From Vulcanimicrobiota bacterium (GTDB taxonomy: Bacteria > Vulcanimicrobiota > Vulcanimicrobiia > Vulcanimicrobiales > Vulcanimicrobiaceae), in contig CAWAXX010000014.1 in assembly GCA_963786105.1 (NCBI GenBank), positions 96,001-160,000 on the forward strand: a stretch of DNA of 64,000 nt. The letters run 5' to 3'. The first letter of the stretch is position 1. Each line of letters begins with the position of its first letter. Below, one piece after another: positions 33,496 through 45,364 of this stretch. The notes beneath the pieces are model-generated. The model had not been told where the DNA came from, searched no databases, and saw only the letters and a list, made by a program, of their open reading frames with translations. Position numbers and translations under genes: made by a program.

Positions 33496-33927
33496 CTAGC
33501 GGGTGGTCATCGGTAGGCCGCCGATGTGGGAACGCGTGCGCGTCGGTTGCGGGGCGGCGGGCGGCGCGGGCGGTTGTTCGTTGGTGCGCGCCTCGTAGGG
33601 CCAGTAGCGAAGCGCGAGCGAGTACGCGATGCAGTCGTTGTACGACTCACACTCGTTTTGAATGGTGAAGCAGCGGACGATCCACATGGGGATCGTCACG
33701 AAAAGGCCGACGCCGGTGAACAGCGCCAGCGACATCAGAATACCGCGCACGTAGTTGCCAAGGTAGTACGACTCGCCGCCGACGATGCCCAGAACCAGGG
33801 TCAGCACGAACGCCAAAGTAGGATCCTTCGCGTAGCGCTGATACTCGTAGGCAAACGTTGCCTGGGCCTCGGGGCGCATCTGAACGGCGATCATCTGGGC
33901 GTACGGTGTCACGTTGTTGTCCTCCAC
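33496..33927 (-). CDS. TM2/NINE domain protein
   Basis: KDPTLAFVLTLVLGIVGGESYYLG...GIL. Confidence 0.75.
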   Translation of the reverse strand: MEDNNVTPYAQMIAVQMRPEAQATFAYEYQRYAKDPTLAFVLTLVLGIVGGESYYLGNYVRGILMSLALFTGVGLFVTIPMWIVRCFTIQNECESYNDCIAYSLALRYWPYEARTNEQPPAPPAAPQPTRTRSHIGGLPMTTR

Positions 33928-33934
33928 CGTTCCA

Positions 33935-33960
33935 TACGCGCCGAGGGTCGCCGTGTTTCA
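33935..33960 (-). promoter_or_regulatory. ECF-type promoter (TGAAAC-N16-CGTA)
   Basis: Exact match to the Bacillus SigW-type consensus, 7 nt upstream of the TM2 gene GTG. Confidence 0.55.
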
Positions 33961-35724
33961 GCGTTTCTGGGCGGCCGCGGTGAGGCGGTCGTAGGCCTCA
34001 CGCAGGCGGGCTGGATCGCGAACCGGTTGCCCGCAGGCCGTACCCGCGCACACGTAGGCCGCCGGCTGCGGCTCCGCCGGCAGCCCGAGAAGCTCGGCCG
34101 CCTGCGTGGGCACGCTCCGAACGACCACGGCCGGCGAGGGCAGGCGCAGGGCGGCCTCGCGGAACGCGTCGGTAGCCGCCGCCTCGCCGACGACTCGGAC
34201 CGATAACTCGGGCGAGAGCCAGCGCCGCAGCGCCCGGCCGTAGGTGGCGGCAAAAGAGCCTGCGGCCGCATAGGTTCGAGCGTACAGCGTGAGGACTCGC
34301 CCGGCATGGTCGCGGTACTTCGGCTCGTTCGCGAGAACGCTCAGGCGCAGGAGCGATTCGGCCAACAGCGCGTTCTCGACGATCGGGCGGTCGGCAATCT
34401 CGAGACGCCCGAGCTGTGCCTCGACGGGAAGGTGATCGTAAAAACCGCCGTCGGCGGCTTCAAACCGTTCGAGGATGCGCTCGGCCAACGTTTGCGCGCG
34501 CGCGAGGTAACGCGCCTCGCCCGACGTCTCATGCGCGTCGAGTAGGGCGCGCAGATAGGCTGCCTGATCGGCCAGCAGTCCGCGCACCTGCGGTTCGCCT
34601 CCCGGCACGACGAAGTGATACAGGAGGCCGTCGGCGTCGGCCAAACGATCGTGGACGTTGTCGAGCGTTTGACACGCTTGCGCGAGCATCGCATCGTCGT
34701 CGAGAGCTCGCGCCGACAGAAACCAGGCGCCGGCGAGCGCGCAAGTCCAGTTGGTGTACGACGTGCGGTCGACGAAGGGCGTTTCACGTTGCCGGCGCTC
34801 CTCGAGCGGTAACCCAAAATACTCTTCGTCGGCATCTTGGCTACCGGCATAAAACCCGGTCGCCGGGTCGCGGAGCACGTCGCGGACGTAGCGCGCCGTG
34901 GAAACGAGGGTCGCGCGAACGTCGTCCGTCGGCGCGAATACGGCGAGCTGCGCGAGGACGCGCAACAGCCCGGCATGGTCTTCCGCCATCTTTTCGAAAT
35001 GCGGAACCGACCAATCGCGGGTGGTGGAGTAGCGAAAGAATCCGCCCTCGACGTGATCGTACATGCCGCCACGCGCCATCGCAAGCATCGTCGTCGCGAC
35101 CATCGCGTAAAGCCGTTCGTCGCCGCCAAAGCGCCACTCCGCGAACAGAAATTCGAGCACTTCGGGCTGCGGGAACTTCGGCGCGTCACCGAAACCGCCG
35201 TATCGTTCGTCGTACGTCTCGGTGAGTTGCTCGACTAAGCGCACGATCATGCCTTCGCGCAGGTCGGTGCGCGAGCTCGGAACGTAGTCGGTACGCCGCG
35301 ACTCCACCTGCGAAACGTGCCCGGCGATGTCCGCCTTGTTTTCGGCGTAAAACCGGGCGATTTCGTCCAGCGCCCGCCGCATCTGGTCGGGCGGCAGGTA
35401 GGTGGCTCCGGTGAGCGTCGTGCCGTCGGGCGCCAAAAACGCGGTGGTCGGCCATCCACCCATGTTGTAACGCGCGTTTACGTCGGGGCGGCGATCGTTG
35501 TCGACGCGAATCGGAACGAAGCGTTCGCTGACGGCGGCGATCACGTCCGGATCCGAATACGACGTTTCGTCCATGACGTGACACCAATGACACCACACCG
35601 CCGAAATCGAGAGCAGTATGGGCTTGTCTTGCGAGCGCGCGCGTTCGAACGCCTCGGGCCCCCACGGCATCCAACCGATCTCGGCGGCACGATTTGCGCG
35701 CGGAGAGAAGCGAAACTCACTCAT
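33958..35724 (-). CDS. YyaL/DUF255 thioredoxin-domain protein
   Basis: WCHWCHVM, GGWP, GFGDAPKFP, FFRYS and VPHFEKM. Confidence 0.9.
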   Translation of the reverse strand: MSEFRFSPRANRAAEIGWMPWGPEAFERARSQDKPILLSISAVWCHWCHVMDETSYSDPDVIAAVSERFVPIRVDNDRRPDVNARYNMGGWPTTAFLAPDGTTLTGATYLPPDQMRRALDEIARFYAENKADIAGHVSQVESRRTDYVPSSRTDLREGMIVRLVEQLTETYDERYGGFGDAPKFPQPEVLEFLFAEWRFGGDERLYAMVATTMLAMARGGMYDHVEGGFFRYSTTRDWSVPHFEKMAEDHAGLLRVLAQLAVFAPTDDVRATLVSTARYVRDVLRDPATGFYAGSQDADEEYFGLPLEERRQRETPFVDRTSYTNWTCALAGAWFLSARALDDDAMLAQACQTLDNVHDRLADADGLLYHFVVPGGEPQVRGLLADQAAYLRALLDAHETSGEARYLARAQTLAERILERFEAADGGFYDHLPVEAQLGRLEIADRPIVENALLAESLLRLSVLANEPKYRDHAGRVLTLYARTYAAAGSFAATYGRALRRWLSPELSVRVVGEAAATDAFREAALRLPSPAVVVRSVPTQAAELLGLPAEPQPAAYVCAGTACGQPVRDPARLREAYDRLTAAAQKR

Positions 35725-36001
35725 CCTCGTCCGAAGCTCCTCGCAGGAATGAAGCGATGTAGAATACGGCAATCACCGCATACAGCGCCAATCCGGCGAC
35801 GCCTGCCGAGTCGAGTCTCAAAACGAACGTCGTCGCAAAGAAGGCGCCAAACGCCAGGCTGGCGAGCGCATAGCCGCGATGCGTGCGAGCCGTCATCGCA
35901 TAGATCTGGGCGTCGTAGTAACCGCCGCTGCTGCGGCGGCTGCGCTGCCACGCGATTGCAGCGACGACGATGGCGACGAAGAGACCGATCAGACTCCACA
36001 C
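35717..36001 (-). CDS. Small hypothetical membrane protein
   Basis: Three hydrophobic segments; overlaps the yyaL-like start. Confidence 0.65.
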   Translation of the reverse strand: MWSLIGLFVAIVVAAIAWQRSRRSSGGYYDAQIYAMTARTHRGYALASLAFGAFFATTFVLRLDSAGVAGLALYAVIAVFYIASFLRGASDEDE

Positions 36002-36082
36002 GTTACGCGGTTGCCGGTTCGACGCGAGGCCGGATCGCGCTGCAAGGGTGGAGCGGGAGCCGAGCGTCGAACGTGCCGGACG

Positions 36083-37705
36083 ATGCCGCCTTCGTCAAAG
36101 AAGCCAAGCCGGCCGCCCGGCGAGCTGGATACGTACAAGAAAAAGCGCGACTTTGCGCTGACGCCCGAGCCTAGCGGAAAAAAAGTCGAGCCCGGCAAGC
36201 GGCTGCGCTTCGTCGTGCAGATGCACCGTGCGACGCGCCTGCACTACGACTTTCGTTTGGAAGCGGGCGGCGTACTGGCATCGTGGGCGGTGCCCAAGGG
36301 ACCGACGCTCGCGCCGCTGGACCGGCGGCTTGCCATGCACGTTGAGGACCATCCGCTCGATTATCGCGATTTCGAAGGCAATATCCCGGCCGGTCAGTAT
36401 GGCGCCGGCAGCGTGATCGTCTGGGATAAAGGCACGTACACCCTGGCCGAAGGCGACGACCCGGCCGCCGAGATTGCCGGCGGAAAAATTAAGTTCGTCC
36501 TGCAAGGCAAGAAACTGCGCGGCGAGTTCACGCTCGTTCGAATCAAAGGCCGCGAGGGCGAGCACGGCGACCCTTGGCTGCTGGTCAAAGACCGCGATCA
36601 ATACACCGACCAAAAATACGATCCCGCCGACCATCCCGAGTCGGTGAAAAGCGGCAAGACGCTCGACGACGTCGCACGCAATCCTCGTGCAAAGATTTGG
36701 AACTCCAAGCAAAAGGCGCGACACGCGACCGCGCCACGGCTGCCGCCGCGCGTAAAGCGCGACCCGCTGCCAAAGCTAAAATCGGTCATGCTCGCGACTT
36801 TGATCGACGAACCGTTCGACGACGACGATTGGCTCTTCGAGATCAAGTGGGACGGCTATCGCGCGATCTGCACCATCGACGAAAAAGGCGGTCTGACGCT
36901 CGCCTCGCGCAACGACATCGATTTTTTGGCGCGCTTTCCCGATTTGGGCGGCCTCGCCGACGCGTTCAAGAGCGTGCCGATCGTCGTCGACGGCGAGATC
37001 GTCAGTCTCGACGCCGACGGGCGGTCGGAGTTTCAGCGCCTTCAAGGTTCGCAGAATACCACGGCGGCGCTGACGTTCGCTGCATTCGATCTGATCTATG
37101 CGGACGGACGCGACTTGCGCAAGACGCCGCTCGAGGAACGCAAAGCGCTGCTCGAGCGGATGATTCGCGACGACGATATCGTGCTCTACTCTAAGCACGT
37201 CATCGGTAAAGGCACTTCGTTGTTTGCGATCGCAAAGAAGCGTAAGCTCGAAGGAATCGTCGGGAAGAAACGGTCGTCGGCGTACCAAGAACGGCGTTCG
37301 CGCGATTGGGTGAAGATCAAAGCGCAGCTCGATCAAGAGTTCGTGGTCGGCGGCTGGACTGAACCCCGCGGAAGCCGTACGGGTTTCGGCGCCTTGCTGC
37401 TGGGGGCGTTCGACGGCCCCGCGTTTCGCTACGTGGGTCACGTCGGCACCGGTTTCTCGCAAAAACTCTTGCGAGATTTGCACGCACGTCTGGTGCGGCT
37501 TGCGCGTAAGACGTCGCCCTTCGACACCTCGATAGAAGCCAACATGGAGGCGCACTGGGTGAAACCCGAGTTGGTCGTCCAGGTGCGTTTTACGGAATGG
37601 ACGCGCGATTCGCTGCTCCGCCACCCCGCGTTCGTCGGCCTGCGGCCCGACAAGGCGCCCAAAGACGTGACGCTGGAACTACCCGCGCGCCGGAGAACCT
37701 CGTGA
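36083..37705 (+). CDS. ligD: NHEJ DNA ligase LigD, phosphoesterase + ligase domains
   Basis: TPEP, HRATRLHYDFRLE, SWAVPKGP, EIKWDGYR, EGIVGK and WVKIK. Confidence 0.93.
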   Translation: MPPSSKKPSRPPGELDTYKKKRDFALTPEPSGKKVEPGKRLRFVVQMHRATRLHYDFRLEAGGVLASWAVPKGPTLAPLDRRLAMHVEDHPLDYRDFEGNIPAGQYGAGSVIVWDKGTYTLAEGDDPAAEIAGGKIKFVLQGKKLRGEFTLVRIKGREGEHGDPWLLVKDRDQYTDQKYDPADHPESVKSGKTLDDVARNPRAKIWNSKQKARHATAPRLPPRVKRDPLPKLKSVMLATLIDEPFDDDDWLFEIKWDGYRAICTIDEKGGLTLASRNDIDFLARFPDLGGLADAFKSVPIVVDGEIVSLDADGRSEFQRLQGSQNTTAALTFAAFDLIYADGRDLRKTPLEERKALLERMIRDDDIVLYSKHVIGKGTSLFAIAKKRKLEGIVGKKRSSAYQERRSRDWVKIKAQLDQEFVVGGWTEPRGSRTGFGALLLGAFDGPAFRYVGHVGTGFSQKLLRDLHARLVRLARKTSPFDTSIEANMEAHWVKPELVVQVRFTEWTRDSLLRHPAFVGLRPDKAPKDVTLELPARRRTS

Positions 37706-38664
37706 GCGCGCCCGAGCGAACGGCCGTGGCGGTCGGCGCGCGCCGTCTTTCGCTTTCAAACCTCGACAAAGTGTTGTGGCCGCGCGACGGATACACCAAG
37801 GGCGATCTTATCGACTACTATCGATCGGTCGCCGGCGTCATCCTACCGTATCTCAAAGACCGGCCGTTGACGCTGCAACGCTACCCCGACGGCATCGACG
37901 GATTCTCATTCTTCGAGAAGCACCTCCCCAAGGGCGTACCTGATTGGGTCGCGCGAGTGACGGCCTCGTCGGCCGAAGGCGGCAAGAAGGTCACCTACGT
38001 CGTGTGCAACGACGAACCTACGCTGGTATACGTGGCGAATCTAGCGTCGATTCTGCTGCACGCCTGGACGTCGCGCGTAAAAACCCTCGACGAGCCGGAC
38101 TTCGTCTTCTTCGACGTCGATCCGGGGGAGAAGTGCACGCTCAAGACGCTTGCCACCGTTACGCTAAGTATCCGCGACGCTCTCGCGGCAATCGGACTGC
38201 AATCGCTGGTAAAGACCTCTGGCGGGATGGGACTGCACGTTTTCGTTCCGCTGGCAGCCGGTTATACGTACGAAACTGCGAAACTATTTGCCGAACTGCT
38301 GGCTCGTCACGTTGCGGGCGAGCTCGGCGACGATCTGGTGTCGCTTGCGCGTTCGGTCGGTAAACGCAACCCGGCGGCCGTGTACTTGGACTTCGTTCAG
38401 GTCGGCCGCGGGAAAACGTACGTCGTGCCGTATTCGGTACGGGCTCGCGACGGCGCGCCGGTGTCGACGCCGTTGGAGTGGCCCGAGGTCGAAGCCTTCG
38501 CGCGTAAGCGAGGTGCGGCTGCGCCGTCGGACGAGTTCGGCAAGTACACGATCCGGACGACGGGCAAGCGCCTCAACGGCCGCGGGGACGTGTGGGCGGG
38601 GGCTGCGTGGAAGAAGCAGCGGCTCGAAGAGGCCATCGCCCGCGCCCAAACGCTCTGGGCGTAG
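37702..38664 (+). CDS. LigD polymerase domain (stand-alone)
   Basis: LSNLDKV, TKGDLIDYY, RYPDGI, FDVDP, KTSGGMGLH and YSVRAR. Confidence 0.92.
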   Translation: MSAPERTAVAVGARRLSLSNLDKVLWPRDGYTKGDLIDYYRSVAGVILPYLKDRPLTLQRYPDGIDGFSFFEKHLPKGVPDWVARVTASSAEGGKKVTYVVCNDEPTLVYVANLASILLHAWTSRVKTLDEPDFVFFDVDPGEKCTLKTLATVTLSIRDALAAIGLQSLVKTSGGMGLHVFVPLAAGYTYETAKLFAELLARHVAGELGDDLVSLARSVGKRNPAAVYLDFVQVGRGKTYVVPYSVRARDGAPVSTPLEWPEVEAFARKRGAAAPSDEFGKYTIRTTGKRLNGRGDVWAGAAWKKQRLEEAIARAQTLWA

Positions 38665-38720
38665 CCCGCCCCGGCCGCCGCCGGGACACGGGCAGCCAAA
38701 TCGGGTAGAATAGGCAGACT

Positions 38721-39572
38721 ATGGCGCATGCAATTTGGTCTGGGGCCATCAACTTCGGGCTGGTCACGATACCGGTGAAGCTGTTTACGGCCGTGAAATC
38801 CGACGAACTGTCGTTTAACATGCTTCACAAAAAGGACGAAGGACGCATCAAATACGAGCGCGTCTGTAGCGTCGACGGCAAGCCGGTGCCATGGGACGAA
38901 ATCGTCAAGGGCTACGAGTACGAAAAGGGTCAGTACGTCATCTTGACCGACGACGACTTCAAGAAAGTCAATCCGGAAGCCACGCAATCCGTGGACATTC
39001 TGGAGTTCGTCGAACTCGATAGAATCAACCCGATGTACTTCGACAAGCCATACTACCTCGAACCCACCAAGCAAGGCCGACATGCCTACGCGCTGCTGCG
39101 CGAGGCACTTTCGACGAGCAATCGCGTCGCCATTGCGCGCGTCGTCATCCGTACCAAAGAGTACATCGCCGCGGTGAAGCCGCTCGACGACGCGCTGGTC
39201 CTCGAGCTCATGCATTGGGCGAGCGAGATCATCGAACCCGGTACGCTCGAGCTCCCCGATCGCGAAAACCTTCCCGAAGCCGAGATGAAGATGGCGAAGA
39301 TGCTGATCGACACGATGAGCGTCGACGCGTTCGAGCCCGATAAGTTCGCCAACCGTTACCACGACGAAGTGTTAGCGATGATCGACGCGCGCGCGAACGG
39401 TCAGGAACTTCCGAAAGCCAAGAAGGTCGCGCCGCGCGCCAAGGTCGTCAACCTCATGGACGTGCTCGCGCAGAGCCTCGAAGAAAGCAAGAAGCGGCGC
39501 GCATCGTCGAACGGGCGCACCGCCTCACAGGACAAACCGGCAACAAAACGCCGCAAAAAGACCGCAGCCTAG
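38721..39572 (+). CDS. ku: Ku protein
   Basis: AIWSGAINFGLVTIPVKL, IVKGYEY, YYLEP and a basic tail. Confidence 0.96.
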   Translation: MAHAIWSGAINFGLVTIPVKLFTAVKSDELSFNMLHKKDEGRIKYERVCSVDGKPVPWDEIVKGYEYEKGQYVILTDDDFKKVNPEATQSVDILEFVELDRINPMYFDKPYYLEPTKQGRHAYALLREALSTSNRVAIARVVIRTKEYIAAVKPLDDALVLELMHWASEIIEPGTLELPDRENLPEAEMKMAKMLIDTMSVDAFEPDKFANRYHDEVLAMIDARANGQELPKAKKVAPRAKVVNLMDVLAQSLEESKKRRASSNGRTASQDKPATKRRKKTAA

Positions 39573-39581
39573 AGAACTACC

Positions 39582-39617
39582 GATTTATTCCAGATCGACG
39601 ACGAGCTGGGATAAATC
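39582..39617. terminator. Hairpin between convergent ku and MFS genes (probable terminator)
   Basis: GATTTATTCCAG...CTGGGATAAATC inverted repeat with one mismatch (G-U pair). Confidence 0.55.
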
Positions 39618-40839
39618 AGGGGTTCTCGGCTTTCGCGGTTTCTATTTCGTTGGTAAACAGCGGCTCCTCGCCGGGCGGCACGTTCGTGCGCCCCTCGCCG
39701 CGGGCGTTGGCCAGACCCATGGCAAGCGCGAGCGTTACGAACGTCAGCGACTCGACGCCTGCGTATGCCGGACCGAATCCGGCCAGCAATCCGGTGGAGA
39801 CGGGCGGAGCGAGAATTCCCGACAGCGAGTCGAGCGATGAGCTGGCGCCCAACACGATGCCTTGTTCTCGATCCGAGGCGGCGTTGCTGATGAGGGCCGT
39901 GATGCCCGTATTTACCAGCGCCATTCCGAACGAGAAGAAAATCATCGTCAAGCTCAGGATCGCCAGGTCGTGCACGAATGGGAGCGACGCGAACGCGCCC
40001 GCTAGCGAGACGAGGCCGACGTTGGACATCGTGCGGTCGCCCAACCACGCCGAGATGCGCCCGATTAGGAAGACGTTCACGAATACGTTAAAGATGGCAA
40101 ATCCCGAGAAGAAGTAGTCGGTTTGCGTCAGTGAAAAGCCCAACTGGCGCTGCAAATAGAGCGCGATGACCGCAAACCATCCGTAGAGGCCCAACGATAT
40201 CGCAAGCTTCTGCCAAAGGATTCGCGACAGGCGCGGCTTCTGAAAGCTCGTCATAACCTCGCGTAGCCCGACGCGCTCTTCACTCGCGCCGCGCGTTCTG
40301 GACTCGGGCAGCATGACGATCGTAATGACGAGCGTCGCGAGTTGTAATGCCGCGGCGGCCAAAAAGGGAGCGGCGAAGCCAAAACGCGCGAACAGAATGC
40401 CGCCGCCGAGCGGTCCGAAGATCATGCCGGCGCCGAACATGGCACCGATCAGCCCGAACGCCCGCGAGCGATCCTTTGCTTCGACGAGATCGGCGACGTA
40501 CGCTTGCGTGATGCTGATGTTGCCGCCGGAAATGCCTTCGATGATACGGGCGACGAAGACCAGCCCGATCCCTGGTGCGAATGCCAGCATCGCCCAGCCT
40601 ATGGTCGCACCGATTTGCGACACGATCAAGACTCTCTTGCGCCCGAATCGATCCGAAACGTGCCCCCACAGCGGTGCCGTTACGAGTTGGCAGAGCGAGA
40701 ACGTCCCGAAGAGCACGCCGACGACGAACGGCGACGCACCGAAGTGGGTCACGAAGTACGGCAGCATCGGGATCAGCATGCTGAAGCCGATGATGTCGAT
40801 GAACGTGACGCCGAGGATCGGAAGAAGTTTACGGATCAT
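39616..40839 (-). CDS. MFS transporter (TetA/DHA1-like)
   Basis: [23 protein letters not shown] and [10 protein letters not shown]. Confidence 0.92.
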   Translation of the reverse strand: MIRKLLPILGVTFIDIIGFSMLIPMLPYFVTHFGASPFVVGVLFGTFSLCQLVTAPLWGHVSDRFGRKRVLIVSQIGATIGWAMLAFAPGIGLVFVARIIEGISGGNISITQAYVADLVEAKDRSRAFGLIGAMFGAGMIFGPLGGGILFARFGFAAPFLAAAALQLATLVITIVMLPESRTRGASEERVGLREVMTSFQKPRLSRILWQKLAISLGLYGWFAVIALYLQRQLGFSLTQTDYFFSGFAIFNVFVNVFLIGRISAWLGDRTMSNVGLVSLAGAFASLPFVHDLAILSLTMIFFSFGMALVNTGITALISNAASDREQGIVLGASSSLDSLSGILAPPVSTGLLAGFGPAYAGVESLTFVTLALAMGLANARGEGRTNVPPGEEPLFTNEIETAKAENP

Positions 40840-41782
40840 GTGGCGACTCAACCGGCAAGATTATCGGTGCGAGTCGCTCGCTCTTGCGAAGGACGTCGAG
40901 CTTATACGGCCGGCTCAAGTCGATGCTCGTGAGAATCTTGTGCAGGGCGTCGAGGCCCGCCAGGCGTCGGCCCTCGAACGCCAGCAGCAGGTCGCCCGGC
41001 TTGATGCGAGCGGTGTCGGCGGGACTGCCGGGCTCGACCGTGTTCACCATGACCGCCCGGCGGTCGTCGAGGCCGAAACGGCGAGCAGCGGCGACCGCCA
41101 AGACGATATCCTGGCCGGCGATGCCGAGGTAGCCGCGGCGCACTTTCCCGTCGCGCATCAGCAGCCCGGCGATGTGCTTGGCGGTGTTGACGGCGATCGC
41201 AAAACAGAGCCCCTGGCCCGGAAGTACGGCCGTGTTGACGCCGATCACTTCGCCCGCCGCGGTCACCAACGGTCCGCCGGAATTGCCCGGGTTGAGCGCG
41301 GCGTCGGTTTGAATGATGTTGTCCATCAGACGACCTGACTGCGAGCGCAACGTGCGTCCAAGCGCGCTGACCACCCCGGCCGTCACCGTGTACGCGAGGC
41401 CGAACGGGTTGCCGACGGCAACGACGAGTTGACCGGGGCGCAACGCGGCGGAGTCGCCTAGCGCAACGTGGGCGAGGTCGGGAGCGTCTACGCGCAGCAC
41501 GGCTAAGTCCGTATGCGGATCGTCGCCGGCGAGCGTCGCGCCGAGTTCGCGCCCGTCGAGTAAGGCGACGCCGATTTGCTCGGCGCCGTGCACGACGTGA
41601 CTGTTGGTGAGAACGAAGCCGTCCGGCGTAAAAATGAAGCCCGATCCGTTGCCGCCGTGGCGACCGTTGCGCACTTCGATGCACACCACCGCCGGGCTCA
41701 CGCGTTCGGCTGCGGCGGTTACCGCTGCGGAGTACGGATCGAGGATCGCGGGCGATTCAATTTCTACGAGGGCAAGGGCCAT
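40829..41782 (-). CDS. S1C (HtrA-like) serine protease with PDZ domain
   Basis: GSGF, TNSHVV, DLAVL and NPGNSGGPL. Confidence 0.93.
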   Translation of the reverse strand: MALALVEIESPAILDPYSAAVTAAAERVSPAVVCIEVRNGRHGGNGSGFIFTPDGFVLTNSHVVHGAEQIGVALLDGRELGATLAGDDPHTDLAVLRVDAPDLAHVALGDSAALRPGQLVVAVGNPFGLAYTVTAGVVSALGRTLRSQSGRLMDNIIQTDAALNPGNSGGPLVTAAGEVIGVNTAVLPGQGLCFAIAVNTAKHIAGLLMRDGKVRRGYLGIAGQDIVLAVAAARRFGLDDRRAVMVNTVEPGSPADTARIKPGDLLLAFEGRRLAGLDALHKILTSIDLSRPYKLDVLRKSERLAPIILPVESPHDP

Positions 41783-41859
41783 GTCGGTCCTTCAAGACCC
41801 TGCGCCCAATCGGCCGGTTGCGACTCGCGTCGAGCGCTCAGGATTGGGGGAGGGGCCTA

Positions 41860-43416
<1,557 letters not shown>

Positions 43417-43436
43417 TCGAGCAGGGTATTACGTTA

Positions 43437-44396
43437 TTACGACCAGCGCTCCGCGCAGATAAAGTTTCCGCCGACCGACGGCCGCTTCACTTGATTGCCT
43501 TTGTAAAAATACATCGGATGCTGGTCCACCGGGCAATAGTGCGTCACGAGGCTCTTACGCGTCCGGCTCTCATCTTCGATCGGCGAGCCGCCGTGCATTA
43601 ATTCGGCCGCCCAAATGAGTGCGTCGCCCTTTTTCGGTCGAAACTGCGTGAACTCCAGGTTGGCCGCTCGGGCCATCGCGTGCAGCCTCCCGGAGAACCC
43701 CTCGAGCTCGGGGTTTCCCGGCTTAACCCAGCGATCGGTGCCCGAGAAAAGGAAGTCCGGAAGGGCGTGGCTGCCAACGTAGTATTCGAGCTCGCCCGAA
43801 CCGGGAGAAACGTCTTCCAGCGCTATCCAGGACGCGACGAACTCCTGAGACGAGCTGACGCGAACGAAGGCCGTGTCGCGGTGCACTCCCTGCTGCGAGC
43901 CGCGGAGAAATCCAAGCGATTGGAACGCGAGCGCCGGTCGTTCGAAAACGAGGTTCAAGAAGCGCGAGATTGCGGGAGAAAAGATGATCCGTTGAGCCGC
44001 CTCCGACGCTTCGTGCATGTCGAGGATCTTCGCCTCTTTTTGCAGCGTGTTTTCGCGGGTCGCCGTTTCGATGTGGTGTCCGGTCGAGTCCCAATAGGAT
44101 GCCTTCCGTTCGATCTTTCCGGCGGTGATGCTTTCGATATCTTCGAGAACCCGGTCGACCAAATTGAGATCAACGGCTCGCGGCAGTAAGACGAACCCTT
44201 TCTTCATGAATTCGGTGACGAGACGTCCCTCCGACGGAGAGATTTCGCCGATTGCGACCTTGCCTGCGAGCACGGCGTCGGCGTTGCTCAAGTCCGTCCA
44301 CAAGCCGCCAAACTGGCTGCGAAATCGGGGACGGACCGGCGGATTAACGTCGTGCGGATCGTACGGAGGCAGCTGTTGATTTACGAACTCGGTCAT
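43437..44396 (-). CDS. PhyH family 2OG-Fe(II) dioxygenase
   Basis: HRD, SWIALED, GSH, HGG and RKSLVTHY. Confidence 0.88.
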   Translation of the reverse strand: MTEFVNQQLPPYDPHDVNPPVRPRFRSQFGGLWTDLSNADAVLAGKVAIGEISPSEGRLVTEFMKKGFVLLPRAVDLNLVDRVLEDIESITAGKIERKASYWDSTGHHIETATRENTLQKEAKILDMHEASEAAQRIIFSPAISRFLNLVFERPALAFQSLGFLRGSQQGVHRDTAFVRVSSSQEFVASWIALEDVSPGSGELEYYVGSHALPDFLFSGTDRWVKPGNPELEGFSGRLHAMARAANLEFTQFRPKKGDALIWAAELMHGGSPIEDESRTRKSLVTHYCPVDQHPMYFYKGNQVKRPSVGGNFICAERWS

Positions 44397-44617
44397 CGTG
44401 CCGGCTTCGGCCTGGTTATGCAAGATCGTGACACCTCAACTACGCACATCAGGAAAATTCACGTGGAGGTTCTCTGCGCCGGAGTTCATCCCTTTAGCGC
44501 AGCGCCGGCGTCGGTTCGTCCGTTCGGGTCCGGCACGAACGGACGACGAAGAACAACGACGAGAGTAGGGATTGGTAAGCGTCGCGTGCTAGCTGACGCG
44601 GAAATGGCGGCGCTGCT

Positions 44618-45244
44618 ATGCAACGAGCGATTCTGATCGGCGCGCTCGCAGGGGTCGCGTTCTGCGCGGGCTCTACGGTTCGAGCGCGAGACTTGCCGGC
44701 GTGGATCTACGCAACGCCAGGCACTCGCGCGCTGTTGGGGACCGACGGCGAAGACGCACCCACGGCGATCGTCTGCAATTCTCCGGCGGCGTACAAGGCA
44801 CAGACCGAGGGTGCGTGTTTCCGTCGCAAAGAGGGTACGGTCGTGGTGATCGACGCCATTGCGCCGCAAGGCGCGAACTACAACCAGCTTCACACGCTTC
44901 TAAGAGTGCACGCGGAAAACGGATCCTGGCACGGTTATGCGGATATCGGCGCAGTCTATCCGATGATCCCCCCAAGCACCGTCCTCACGCTCAAGCCGGT
45001 CGACAGCCAGCGCGCGACCCTCGCGAATCAACGAGCGGTCAACCCCGACGGTGGAACCGATCTCGAAAAATCCGCGACCGTCAAAGTCGTCGCGTTCGAT
45101 CCGACCTACGAGGACCGCGATCTTCTCGTGACCGTTCTTTCGGGGACACATGCGGGAATGCGCGGTTGGACCTACGCGGTCCAAACCGTCGTCGGCGGCA
45201 GAGAAGCAAACGTCAGCCTCTGCCCAAAGGAAATGAAAGTTTGA
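44618..45244 (+). CDS. Hypothetical secreted protein
   Basis: Signal peptide ending VRA; two SH3-like segments ending in W-x-G/GW (inference). Confidence 0.6.
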   Translation: MQRAILIGALAGVAFCAGSTVRARDLPAWIYATPGTRALLGTDGEDAPTAIVCNSPAAYKAQTEGACFRRKEGTVVVIDAIAPQGANYNQLHTLLRVHAENGSWHGYADIGAVYPMIPPSTVLTLKPVDSQRATLANQRAVNPDGGTDLEKSATVKVVAFDPTYEDRDLLVTVLSGTHAGMRGWTYAVQTVVGGREANVSLCPKEMKV

Positions 45245-45304
45245 TTTTGCGCATCGAACCCGGGGCGGCGTGCCGGCCGCGTGCACGGCGGCGCCGGAGG
45301 AAAA

Positions 45305-45331
45305 TGTCCGCCGCAGAGTCGCTCAAACGTC
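45305..45331 (+). promoter_or_regulatory. Putative ECF41/42-type promoter (TGTC-N19-CGTC)
   Basis: Lies directly upstream of the DGPF-ECF42 operon. Confidence 0.5.
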
Positions 45332-45364
45332 TAGTCCTCACAAACACCCTTGTAGGAGGCACAC

